Shown: positions 1 through 8,420 of the stretch, in pieces
How the letters are laid out: every line of letters starts with the position of its first letter
How positions within the stretch are numbered: position 1 is the stretch's first letter
DNA from: a virus
Virus record (IMG/VR): IMGVR_UViG_3300017963_000206
Length of the DNA stretch: 64,000 nucleotides
Direction: 5' to 3' (one strand)
Notes under the pieces: model-generated
Databases searched by the model: none
What the model was told of the DNA's origin: nothing
Seen by the model: the letters and a program-made list of their open reading frames with translations, nothing else
Program-made: the position numbers and the translations under genes

Positions 1-2
1 GA

Positions 3-419
3 AAAATTCTTGAGGGTGAACGTGAGCGGGTCGAAAAAAAGCTGTCGAAGTATGAAAAGAAAAAGGCGGCGATAGAATCCAAGCTCCACGAACTCAATGA
101 ACTTCTCGGAGTAAAAACCAAAGGCGGCAACGGGTCCGTCCGGAGAGCTTCCGGGAATCGGAGAAGAACCCCGGAGTCTCAAAAACTATGGGACGCAATC
201 GAGAAAGCTTTTATGACCACGAAAAGGGGTCTCACTCCTCAAGCGGTTATAAAAAGATTTCAGAATAAACGGATTGCTAAAAATTTCAAAATCGAGTTCT
301 ACGTTCAGCATGTAGCCTTCACTCTTTATAAACAAGGCAAGCTGGAACGTACTCAGCGGAAACGTATCAAAGGACAAATCGGAACACCTCCGTATGTCTA
401 TAAAGCCGTAACCGCATAA
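3..419 (+). CDS. 5'-truncated protein: coiled coil plus probable winged-helix DNA-binding domain
   Basis: Frame of ORF 213..419 stays open back to the window edge (KILEGERERVEKKLSKYEKKKAAIESKLHELNELLG...). C-terminal half has a wHTH-like pattern (LTPQAVIKRF...TLYKQGKLER). Confidence 0.6.
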   Translation, partial: KILEGERERVEKKLSKYEKKKAAIESKLHELNELLGVKTKGGNGSVRRASGNRRRTPESQKLWDAIEKAFMTTKRGLTPQAVIKRFQNKRIAKNFKIEFYVQHVAFTLYKQGKLERTQRKRIKGQIGTPPYVYKAVTA

Positions 420-441
420 TTTATTCGTAGGAAACAAAATT

Positions 442-912
442 ATGGTAATGAAACCATGTAGAATCTGCGGGACGGAGTACGATGAGAAAGGAGCGGGACA
501 TACTTGCTCCGACCTTTGCCGTTTAAAATTAATGAAAGAGACATCGAAGAAAGCTGCACAACGGGGTTATGAAAAAATCAAAAACGACCCGGAGCTTTGG
601 AAAAAGAAACTTGCGAGAGATGCGGCATACAGGGAACGGTTGAAAAAGGAACACGGTTCAACTAGGCCGCAAGGTCAGAGGGCTACTCCGAAACAGAAAG
701 CGAATAGACGTAAGCCCTGTTCTTTTTGCAAGACGATGGTAAATCCGAAGCGAAAAACTCCGGTAGAAATCAACGGTGATATCTTTTGTAACGCCTGTCT
801 GAAAAAGTTTCACCCGGAGCTTGCTTATCCTCTCACGAGAAAACCCCGGAGCAGAAATCCGGAGACGCAAAAGCCGATGCGTTGGTACGGAGATGAGTAC
901 GAATATGATTGA
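442..912 (+). CDS. Zinc-finger protein, basic
   Basis: CRIC...CSDLC at the N-terminus, CSFC...CNAC further on; Lys/Arg rich. Confidence 0.7.
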   Translation: MVMKPCRICGTEYDEKGAGHTCSDLCRLKLMKETSKKAAQRGYEKIKNDPELWKKKLARDAAYRERLKKEHGSTRPQGQRATPKQKANRRKPCSFCKTMVNPKRKTPVEINGDIFCNACLKKFHPELAYPLTRKPRSRNPETQKPMRWYGDEYEYD

Positions 913-937
913 TTAATTCTTCGGCAAAATATATAAT
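909..937 (+). promoter_or_regulatory. Sigma70-type promoter
   Basis: TTGATT (909-914), 17-bp spacer, TATAAT (932-937). Confidence 0.55.
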
Positions 938-965
938 CGCACTATGATTTTTCTACTCGAATAAG

Positions 966-986
966 AGGAGGTGAATCATGCGGTAG
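966..986 (+). other. Strong RBS followed by a two-codon minigene (ATG CGG TAG)
   Basis: AGGAGGTGA at 966-974, ATG at 978-980, stop at 984-986. Confidence 0.45.
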
Positions 987-1080
987 TCGGTGACTAAACC
1001 CGACAGATTTCCAGAACGGACAATTCAGATTTTGATATGGGTTCTTTGACAATTAGGCAAAGAATCCTGTCTCTCAGGAC

Positions 1081-1108
1081 AGCCGGGATTAATCCTCCCG
1101 GCTTTTTT
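1081..1108 (+). terminator. Intrinsic terminator
   Basis: AGCCGGGA / TCCCGGCT stem followed by a T-run. Confidence 0.8.
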
Positions 1109-1112
1109 ATTT

Positions 1113-1153
1113 AAATAAAAAGAGAGCGGTTGAAACCGAAAACAACCGCTCTC
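1113..1153 (-). terminator. Intrinsic terminator
   Basis: 11-bp stem GAGAGCGGTTG / CAACCGCTCTC with an A-run on its left (U-tract on minus). Confidence 0.75.
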
Positions 1154-1189
1154 AAACTACAGGAGGTAAAACCTGTAAAGGCACGTTAC
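1113..1189 (-). ncRNA. Candidate small RNA of about 75 nt (ends approximate)
   Basis: Lies between a consensus promoter (1196-1223) and a terminator (1113-1153), has no RBS-led ORF, and contains an ACCUCCU anti-SD-like hairpin. Confidence 0.5.
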
Positions 1190-1195
1190 ACTATT

Positions 1196-1223
1196 ATTAT
1201 ACAACGTGAACATCAATTGTCAA
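1196..1223 (-). promoter_or_regulatory. Sigma70 consensus promoter
   Basis: TTGACA (1223-1218), 16-bp spacer, TATAAT (1201-1196). Confidence 0.7.
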
Positions 1224-1227
1224 GAAT

Positions 1228-1262
1228 AAAAAAAGGGACGGTCCTCAAATGAAAACCGTCCC
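1228..1262 (-). terminator. Terminator at the end of the late/lysis operon
   Basis: GGGACGGT / ACCGTCCC stem with a 7-A run on the left. Confidence 0.75.
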
Positions 1263-1293
1263 CTCACGAGACCCCGCCCGAAAGCGAGTGCCT

Positions 1294-1710
1294 TTATTCT
1301 TCGGGTTCCGGAACTTCGATGAAGACGGTATCGCCATCATCGTTTTTCTTCAATCCGATTTCCGGACCTATCGAATCAATGTAGTGGTCGCGGATTAAAT
1401 CTTCCATACCGACTTCTTCATTAAGTCCTTTGAAAAATTCTCCGACCTTTGGAAGTTCCCCTCCGTCAATCAGCGGTTGGAGTTTTTTCTTAAGCTCCTC
1501 CACGTTCCGGAAGGTCTGCCTCAATACTGCATCCTTATCTGAAACACTTCGCATGATGCTAGTCATACCATCCGCGAATTTTTTCAGAGTATCGTTGTTG
1601 TCCTTCTCTCCTTTGCGCCGGATGAAAGTCACGGCAACGAAAAAGGCAACCACGATTACAAGCGCAATGTGAGGCCAATAAGTTTGTAACAGTTCCATAG
1701 CTCCCTCCAT
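1294..1710 (-). CDS. Membrane-anchored protein (possible spanin-like lysis accessory)
   Basis: N-terminal TM helix (IALVIVVAFFVAVTFI) followed by RRKGEK; last gene of the holin cassette. Confidence 0.6.
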   Translation of the reverse strand: MEGAMELLQTYWPHIALVIVVAFFVAVTFIRRKGEKDNNDTLKKFADGMTSIMRSVSDKDAVLRQTFRNVEELKKKLQPLIDGGELPKVGEFFKGLNEEVGMEDLIRDHYIDSIGPEIGLKKNDDGDTVFIEVPEPEE

Positions 1711-1976
1711 TATATCTTGAGTGCCAAGAGTAATGCTTTCTCACCTAATTGCTTAAGTACCTTGACCGCTTCGTTCCGTTTCCGGAGCGCGTCTTCATCC
1801 CGCTTCATTGCGAGATAATCCTTATCAAGAGGGTCTAGGTTCTCGTCAATCTCATCACTGGACTCGGATGTAACGAAGCTCTTGAAGTAATCCGCAAGAG
1901 CCTCCCTCTGTCGTTTTGACAGGTTTTTCCGGAGGGTATTTGCTAGGGTTTTCACCTCATCGAGTTTTTCGCTCAT
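1710..1976 (-). CDS. Hypothetical helical protein
   Basis: 88-aa ORF with RBS (GAGGTGA), abutting the next gene. Confidence 0.65.
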   Translation of the reverse strand: MSEKLDEVKTLANTLRKNLSKRQREALADYFKSFVTSESSDEIDENLDPLDKDYLAMKRDEDALRKRNEAVKVLKQLGEKALLLALKI

Positions 1977-2008
1977 ACATCACCTCATAATGGCCTGTTC
2001 TGGACGAT

Positions 2009-2479
2009 TTAAGGGGTCTCAGAGACGTTTTCTCCGGGTTTTGGTGTTTCCGGTTGCTCTTCTGGTTTCAATGCGTCTGAGAGGCCGTTAAACGCTTTTA
2101 GCGTTTTGGACGCTTGCTTCAAATTTCGGGTAATTTTAGGTATATCCTTCAAGAGCTTATCGAGATATTCCCCGGCCTTCGTACAATTTTTCACAATCTT
2201 CTCGAAGTCCGATTTAGTTGATTCTAGCCCTTTCTTTTTAATAGGGTCTTCCTCTTTGGCAATCTGCTCATCGAGTGTCTTAATTTGTGCCTGACTCTCC
2301 TGCATGGTTGCCGCGAGTAGAGGTCTCACGACCTGTTCGATTTCCTTCAGTTGGGTTTCCCCGGACTCCGCTTTGGTCGCAAGATTATCAATGCCTGTGA
2401 TTACACTTCCGGGAACTTTGCATCCCGTCAGTCCGAATAAGAGTAACGCCGAAATCAATGCGATAAAAAGATTTTTCAT
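2009..2479 (-). CDS. Lipoprotein with coiled coil (possible spanin component)
   Basis: Signal peptide plus lipobox LTGC; heptad-rich body. Confidence 0.65.
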   Translation of the reverse strand: MKNLFIALISALLLFGLTGCKVPGSVITGIDNLATKAESGETQLKEIEQVVRPLLAATMQESQAQIKTLDEQIAKEEDPIKKKGLESTKSDFEKIVKNCTKAGEYLDKLLKDIPKITRNLKQASKTLKAFNGLSDALKPEEQPETPKPGENVSETP

Positions 2480-2552
2480 GTTACGCTCCTTCCGAAAATA
2501 GGGTCTCGTTAGAAATATTTTGTGACTCGTCCTTCAGAACGGTCTCGTGATT

Positions 2553-3035
2553 TTACAACGCGCACTTCACGAGAGTAACAAGCGCACGAACATCCAAAGG
2601 TGATGCGAAGAAAAACAGGCTTTTGTTTTTTACACGAAGAAGATTCTCCGTGTTCTCCGCTTCCTCTTTAGAGAATAACACGCATGAGCGCGTATGTCCG
2701 TTCATCGTTGGCTCGTACTCTTGGAAGCTGCGAAAATCGAGAACCAATGGAGATGATTCACCAATTTTCATAAGCATGTCCTGAACCGCGCCGGGATTTT
2801 CGACCTCCGTAACATCAAATTCATTTTCAACGAAGTAACTGGCTATCTGTTTCCTGAAAGCTTCGTCTTCGATGAAGAGAATCACGGGTCGTTTCGGAAG
2901 ACAAAATCGCTTACCCGTTTTTTCCTTCTTCTCGATTTCATCTGAAATCAAGCTTTGGGTTAAATCGAGTTCGCGCATTGCCTGTTCCGCTTTTTCCTTC
3001 AGTTCCGGATTAGGATGTTTTTCTTTCGGTAGCAT
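2553..3035 (-). CDS. Stand-alone response-regulator receiver (REC/CheY-like) domain, atypical
   Basis: VILFIEDE (acidic pocket), LVLDF (phospho-Asp position), VLFS (Ser/Thr), FASPLD where K-P-x-D is expected. Confidence 0.6.
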   Translation of the reverse strand: MLPKEKHPNPELKEKAEQAMRELDLTQSLISDEIEKKEKTGKRFCLPKRPVILFIEDEAFRKQIASYFVENEFDVTEVENPGAVQDMLMKIGESSPLVLDFRSFQEYEPTMNGHTRSCVLFSKEEAENTENLLRVKNKSLFFFASPLDVRALVTLVKCAL

Positions 3036-3036
3036 T

Positions 3037-3330
3037 TTAATTCTCCCTGTCTCTGAGATAGGGTAATACTTTGCCGAGTGCTTCCTGAGATTTCAGAGCA
3101 ATGTCGATATTTTTCTGGTAGAGTTCGCGGTTCTCTTTTTCCAGTTCCTTTTTCTCATCCACCAGACGGTCTATTGCTGTTTGATATCTCACTTCCTGTT
3201 CCTTCAGAGCTTCGGTGTGTTTATCCTCCCTTTTTTGAAAATATTTCCACAACTGATTAAGTATAATCAGAGTGACAATAAGGAAACCAACGGAAGGCCC
3301 GAAAGTTTTGAAGATTGTAACAAAATCCAT
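3037..3330 (-). CDS. Holin-like protein (single TM plus coiled coil, BhlA/UviB style)
   Basis: One N-terminal TM helix, charged coiled-coil C-terminus, located after the tail genes. Confidence 0.6.
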   Translation of the reverse strand: MDFVTIFKTFGPSVGFLIVTLIILNQLWKYFQKREDKHTEALKEQEVRYQTAIDRLVDEKKELEKENRELYQKNIDIALKSQEALGKVLPYLRDREN

Positions 3331-3368
3331 CTGGCTACTCCCCTAAAGGTGTCTTTAAGAATAGGCAA

Positions 3369-3437
3369 ATAAACCTTAATAACCTCAAAAGTGTTCCGAT
3401 TAACGCATATACGATTTGCCGTATAAACCTTAATTAA
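3369..3437 (-). promoter_or_regulatory. Twin TTAAGGTTTAT boxes upstream of the holin (putative late regulatory element)
   Basis: ATAAACCTTAA at 3369-3379 and 3423-3433; the same pair occurs at 25111-25143. Confidence 0.5.
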
Positions 3438-3670
3438 GAAGTTGTAGGTTCATTTGACTCGATTGCGGTCTTGATAGCCGCGAACTTTGCGACCTCTGCA
3501 TCAACCGCTGTCTGGTCGTCACCGAAAATATCGGTATCAGCCATATTTGTGCGGTGATTTTCCAAACGAACTATTGCCGCCTTCGCTTCGAGAACCTTTT
3601 GTCTCGCGTTACGAAGCTGTGCCGCATGTTTGGTTACTTCGGTTTCAGTTAATTCATCGTATGCACCCAT
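3434..3670 (-). CDS. Small helical protein after the tailspikes (possible chaperone)
   Basis: 78-aa ORF with RBS AAAGGAG. Confidence 0.6.
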   Translation of the reverse strand: MGAYDELTETEVTKHAAQLRNARQKVLEAKAAIVRLENHRTNMADTDIFGDDQTAVDAEVAKFAAIKTAIESNEPTTS

Positions 3671-3706
3671 GATTTTTCTCCTTTCAAAAGATTTTTTGGG
3701 TTACAG

Positions 3707-6700
3707 TTATTGTCTATACCTGAAACGCAGACCTACAAAGTAAACTGCGTCCGTTGCATCAATATTTAGGAACTCGAAACCATACATCTCATCGGCTGCG
3801 ATTCCTGCAAACATCGGGGTAACGTCAAGATAATGTATATTATTTAGTGTCGTACTATAAACAGACCCGCCAAGAGTTACCGCATTAAGATTATAAAGTT
3901 GTCCATCTCCGGCATACTCCAAATTCGCATCATAGTCGAAGTTCAAGTTGGTAGCTTGAGCAATTATAACAGCTTCGATTATGGTTGCGCTACCCAAATC
4001 CCACGGAGCAAAACCTTCAACATATCCTACCCCCGTGGTTGCCGGGAGATTTTTACGAGTATGTTTTCCGGTCTGACCGTCCGGGTCAACTACTGGCTCG
4101 AAATGATGCTTGGTAACTTCCTGATGCGAAACCGTTTCCCAATCTTGGGAAGGTGTTCTCCATCTGAGCGGAGCGGGACCAACGATGGTCCCATTAATCA
4201 TTTCGCTTGCTTGGTCAATATAGATATTATTTGCATTGTTGAAGATTGCTGCGGTGAGGGCATAGAATTTTGAAGATAGGAGCCTGAAGTCTCCCGGTCC
4301 ATTTGCGAAAAGTGCTGTGCAACCCGCACCATTACCTCTGACATAAGAGTATTCTATCCTTGCATCGTAAGTGACTCCCTGAAGGATTTCCAAAACAGAA
4401 GTCCCGGTTGAATCTGATTCCGCATGGCTACGGAGAAGCTCAAAATGAGTGAGTTCGGAACCATTGGCGAGTACGCAGTATTCAAGCGCAAATATTTTGG
4501 AATCCTCTATAAGAATACTTCCTTCTTCCGCATGAATAGCGGTTGCCACAGGAGCATCTAAGTCCGAGAGTTGTGAGTGAGAGATTCTCACCCTTCCTCC
4601 CCCCGGAGAAGCAATATGAATAAGACCCCCCAACCCACTATGCCCCTGCACAAAGCATCTGTCAAAGTGAAGTCTAGCGGTAGAAGCGGTAAGCTCGAAA
4701 GCATAATAATCGGACAAAGCGGATTGTTCATCAAAATAAAACCCGTGCATTTCCAGAATACCGTCAAGGCTGAGTCCGAATACAAAACCTAACGCTCCTC
4801 CCGGAAAGTTCGAGCAAGTTATTTGTATCGGCATGTAGGTTGTCGGTAGAAAAGTTCTAGGCTCTATTGCCCCGGTTGCATTAATAATCCGAACCCGCTT
4901 ACTAGAGAGTATGAATTGTCCCCATGTCAAATAATCAAGAGTATAATCCGCTTCAGGGAAGCAGAGGATATCCCAATCACCGGGGAACGCTATTACGTTT
5001 ATTAAAGCTTGTCCGAGAGATGTATAATCAAAAGCGTTAGGATTTGGACCTACTGTTACAGTCTGAAGCCCCATATTCCTAAACGGGCTGTAACCTTGCG
5101 CTCTCTGTATTGTGGCAAACTCATAGGTTTGTGTTGTTTCCCGGTATCTTTGAATCACTCCGAAATCGGTGATACCACCTCCGAGTACGTTAACTTCTCC
5201 CCAATTAAAAACTCCTCCGGTGATTTGTAGAGCATCTTGAGGCAGAACGGACCATATATCCAAACTTCTTGCTTCAACCGTACCACCAGTTTGAAATATA
5301 CCGCCGCCATCAACATCAACATAACTACCAGCACTCATGTTGACAAGCCCATCATCGAGCAAGAGGAAAATGGAACTGGTATTATCAGACGCAAACAGAG
5401 ATGCAAAAGAGAAAAGTTCAAATTGCGGGTGCTGCGATTCAAACATAGTAATAGGCGAAGTCGGCGTACAGAAAATAAAGCTATCATAGAAAGTACATCT
5501 GACAGCATTGAGCAATGATAATGGAGCGTGTACCAATCTCCCTACGTTAGTAAGAATCATAAATGTATTGTAAACTTGAATTGTCGTAATATCGGTTGTC
5601 CCGGTATTATCCGTCTGGAAATAAGTAGGAGGTGAACCGCCGCCATAAGTGCAGAGTATCTTGCAGTTATCAATCATCAGACCCGCTCCACCTGTTGAAT
5701 AGAAAAGCGGTCCTAGATTATGTGTTACTTGCACTCCTCTCAGATGCAATCCCGCATCTGTGCCGTTTCCGTCAACGGTAAACAAAGGTGTGTCAACCAA
5801 AACGGAAGAGGTAATTGCTATATCGCTGAAGAAGATATTTCGCTGTTCTCTACCGTCAACCGTTTGATGTGCAGATACGATTTCTATTTTCTTGTTGCTC
5901 CAAGAGTGATTCGAGTAAATATTATAATCCGCTCCGGGCCAACAAAGAATGGTCCAATCACCCGGACTACCGGATGCTATAAGCAATGCCGTATCTAGGT
6001 CCGTAAAATCAAATGCCGTGGGAGTCGGTCCTACTTTAATTACTTGTTGAGCTTGACCGCTTTCAGGAATCTTCGCGGCAATCGAACCCATCGTGGCGTA
6101 TTCTTCATCCTGTATTGGGCTTCTGAGTCTGGAAAGATTTGAAATAGAATATCCGGTTCCTAGACAATGCACTTCACCCCAACTGAAATTCACAGTGGGA
6201 CCGTTTGCATTTATATCGACACCTCCGGGAGAATAGCAAATAAGCCCAAACGCGCCGATATTAACCGGATTAGTAAAAGCTTGTGCATCTAGCGCGAATA
6301 AGCTTTCCCCATAGATGTAGTTATCTTTTGTAAACTCGATAGTTAATGGATTGTCGGGGTCTTGTATCGAAATACCGCCGCCGAATGAAAGAATACTCAA
6401 TCCATCAAAACGACACCGACCACCACCCCATAATTCAAACCCTATTGCAAGCGTGGTGAAGTCGGGCATATACATCTGTGTATTAACCACTCCGATATTC
6501 GTATCCGAACTCGGAGCATTTGTACGCATAAATCTTTCGACACCCGCTACGAGTTGCACATCACAGTCAATGAACTCGAAATAGTTTATATCCGTGCTGA
6601 AAGTTGCGACACTTTCTATTACAGCCGCAAGTGGCGCACCTCCGTTGTCAATATAAAATTGGCAATGGTGAAATTTCGCAAGACCACCTCCGGTACACAT

Positions 6701-8395
6701 ACAAGTAGGACCGAAATCATAAGTGAATCTGAAATCATTAAATTCTACTCCACCTCCATTCCGGAACTCGAACATATTTGTTCCCGGAGTACCACCGTAT
6801 GTAATAATCATCGGAGTGCCGGACGGTAGTAATTGATTTCGCGGGTCGTGAGGTTGGCGTTCCGTAACTATGCGTATATTTATAGTATCGAGTAATACCG
6901 TTGTCGGTATTAAAAGGTCTGCGCCACGATAACAAACGATTGTATCGAAATTAGATGCCGCAACTATCGCGGAGTATAAATCCGGGAAGTCCCCGCCTGA
7001 AGGGGCAACGATAATCGTATTGCTTGAAGTCGGACCTCCCCCACCTCCTGCATCGGCTATTCTCGCGCCTTCCCACGAATCCACGGGAATACGGAGTTCG
7101 GTGAGAGTGCCTCCTATAGTATTCGGATTGTTATTACCGATTAGTGAATTGTGAGCGGTTACACCTATACTCCCGGCTATTTGTTCGATGCAAATATCAC
7201 TTGAGTACAGGATACATAAATCCATAGCACCGATACTCCCGCCTGTCTGATATATACACCTTCCACTAGCCCCCCAAAAAACACTTTGGAATCCGAACAT
7301 ACCCCCGTTATCCATTCTCATTGCTGCGCTGGTATCATCCGTACTATCCATGTATAATTCTGAACGTACCACTCTGGTCGCCGGGGTATTGACAACACGC
7401 AGGGCATAAGCACCTAAACCCCGTGCATAAACGGTACTCTCCCGGATATGTACTTCCGCGTAAGATGCGTCATTAACTTCAATACCACTCCCGCCTACAG
7501 ACGTAAAATTCGCGGAAATAAAACTTTCCATAATATCGGCACTTCCCGCACAAGAAATAATGTAATTTCCAACACCGATATCATTTGCATCGAGACGCAC
7601 ATGGTCAAGAATCAAATGTGTATCTATTACTCCATTCGTTACTCCGTTTAGAAAATGCTGACCATCATAATCAATGCTCAGATTTTTAACGTAAAGTTTT
7701 GTACTTCCTTGAAGATTAAATAAAACTCCTGTTACATTCGGAGCGGTGATAGTTGGTCCCGCTATATAAGTTTGCCATTGGCGGGGGTCAATCGGTTTTT
7801 CCCCGACAATGAATAAAGATTTATCCGTAAGAACTATATTTTGTGTTATGATTAAATTCGCACCTTCCCGAACCAAAATTGTGTCGCCATCATTCGCTTC
7901 GAGAATCGCACGTTCAAGATATTCATAATCCGCTCCGGTTTCTCCAACGGTGCGAAGTGTTGAGCCTAAGTCCGAACCTTTTCCAACTGGAACACCGCGA
8001 TTCGTTTCTTCGATGCTCTCGCTGATGAGTGTGCCTGATGCCTTCCGAACTGTTCCGAGAAGTATTCCATAATTCGGAGCGACAAAACTTTGTTCGGAAG
8101 CGTACCCATTGATTCCGGTAATATTAACTCCTGTAAGTTTTCCTGAAGCTAAAATTGCTTGAACTTCAAGATAGATGAACGTAGTTTGAGCATCCGGGAT
8201 TACGATGGTCGCTGGTCCGGTATCGTATTGAACACGAAGACCTCCGACATACGCAATACCATTAGCGACATCTATATCATCTCCGTTTTGAGAGAAATCC
8301 AATCCACTCTCAACGAAATCGGGCATAGCAAGGAAACCGTTTGCACGTTCCTTGATAATTGTGTCGCCTGTAATCCATGCGTGTCCATTACCCAT
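3707..8395 (-). CDS. Tailspike / receptor-binding protein with four tandem pectin-lyase-like beta-helix modules
   Basis: Four repeats of the beta-helix N-cap motif (TV.P.G.DF..L..AI......DTI....GA.Y); beta-rich I/V/G/S composition; N- and C-terminal domains shared with 8421..11063. Confidence 0.75.
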   Translation of the reverse strand: MGNGHAWITGDTIIKERANGFLAMPDFVESGLDFSQNGDDIDVANGIAYVGGLRVQYDTGPATIVIPDAQTTFIYLEVQAILASGKLTGVNITGINGYASEQSFVAPNYGILLGTVRKASGTLISESIEETNRGVPVGKGSDLGSTLRTVGETGADYEYLERAILEANDGDTILVREGANLIITQNIVLTDKSLFIVGEKPIDPRQWQTYIAGPTITAPNVTGVLFNLQGSTKLYVKNLSIDYDGQHFLNGVTNGVIDTHLILDHVRLDANDIGVGNYIISCAGSADIMESFISANFTSVGGSGIEVNDASYAEVHIRESTVYARGLGAYALRVVNTPATRVVRSELYMDSTDDTSAAMRMDNGGMFGFQSVFWGASGRCIYQTGGSIGAMDLCILYSSDICIEQIAGSIGVTAHNSLIGNNNPNTIGGTLTELRIPVDSWEGARIADAGGGGGPTSSNTIIVAPSGGDFPDLYSAIVAASNFDTIVCYRGADLLIPTTVLLDTINIRIVTERQPHDPRNQLLPSGTPMIITYGGTPGTNMFEFRNGGGVEFNDFRFTYDFGPTCMCTGGGLAKFHHCQFYIDNGGAPLAAVIESVATFSTDINYFEFIDCDVQLVAGVERFMRTNAPSSDTNIGVVNTQMYMPDFTTLAIGFELWGGGRCRFDGLSILSFGGGISIQDPDNPLTIEFTKDNYIYGESLFALDAQAFTNPVNIGAFGLICYSPGGVDINANGPTVNFSWGEVHCLGTGYSISNLSRLRSPIQDEEYATMGSIAAKIPESGQAQQVIKVGPTPTAFDFTDLDTALLIASGSPGDWTILCWPGADYNIYSNHSWSNKKIEIVSAHQTVDGREQRNIFFSDIAITSSVLVDTPLFTVDGNGTDAGLHLRGVQVTHNLGPLFYSTGGAGLMIDNCKILCTYGGGSPPTYFQTDNTGTTDITTIQVYNTFMILTNVGRLVHAPLSLLNAVRCTFYDSFIFCTPTSPITMFESQHPQFELFSFASLFASDNTSSIFLLLDDGLVNMSAGSYVDVDGGGIFQTGGTVEARSLDIWSVLPQDALQITGGVFNWGEVNVLGGGITDFGVIQRYRETTQTYEFATIQRAQGYSPFRNMGLQTVTVGPNPNAFDYTSLGQALINVIAFPGDWDILCFPEADYTLDYLTWGQFILSSKRVRIINATGAIEPRTFLPTTYMPIQITCSNFPGGALGFVFGLSLDGILEMHGFYFDEQSALSDYYAFELTASTARLHFDRCFVQGHSGLGGLIHIASPGGGRVRISHSQLSDLDAPVATAIHAEEGSILIEDSKIFALEYCVLANGSELTHFELLRSHAESDSTGTSVLEILQGVTYDARIEYSYVRGNGAGCTALFANGPGDFRLLSSKFYALTAAIFNNANNIYIDQASEMINGTIVGPAPLRWRTPSQDWETVSHQEVTKHHFEPVVDPDGQTGKHTRKNLPATTGVGYVEGFAPWDLGSATIIEAVIIAQATNLNFDYDANLEYAGDGQLYNLNAVTLGGSVYSTTLNNIHYLDVTPMFAGIAADEMYGFEFLNIDATDAVYFVGLRFRYRQ

Positions 8396-8420
8396 TTTAT
8401 TTCTCCCTTAATCTCAGGTT

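Noticed and set aside
978-1049. Genome-wide amber (TAG) recoding suggested by the strong RBS followed by ATG CGG TAG
   Set aside because: TAG ends several clear genes with tight coupling to the next start (20662, 17132, 35290, 38214, 49591), and long genes are intact in the standard code.
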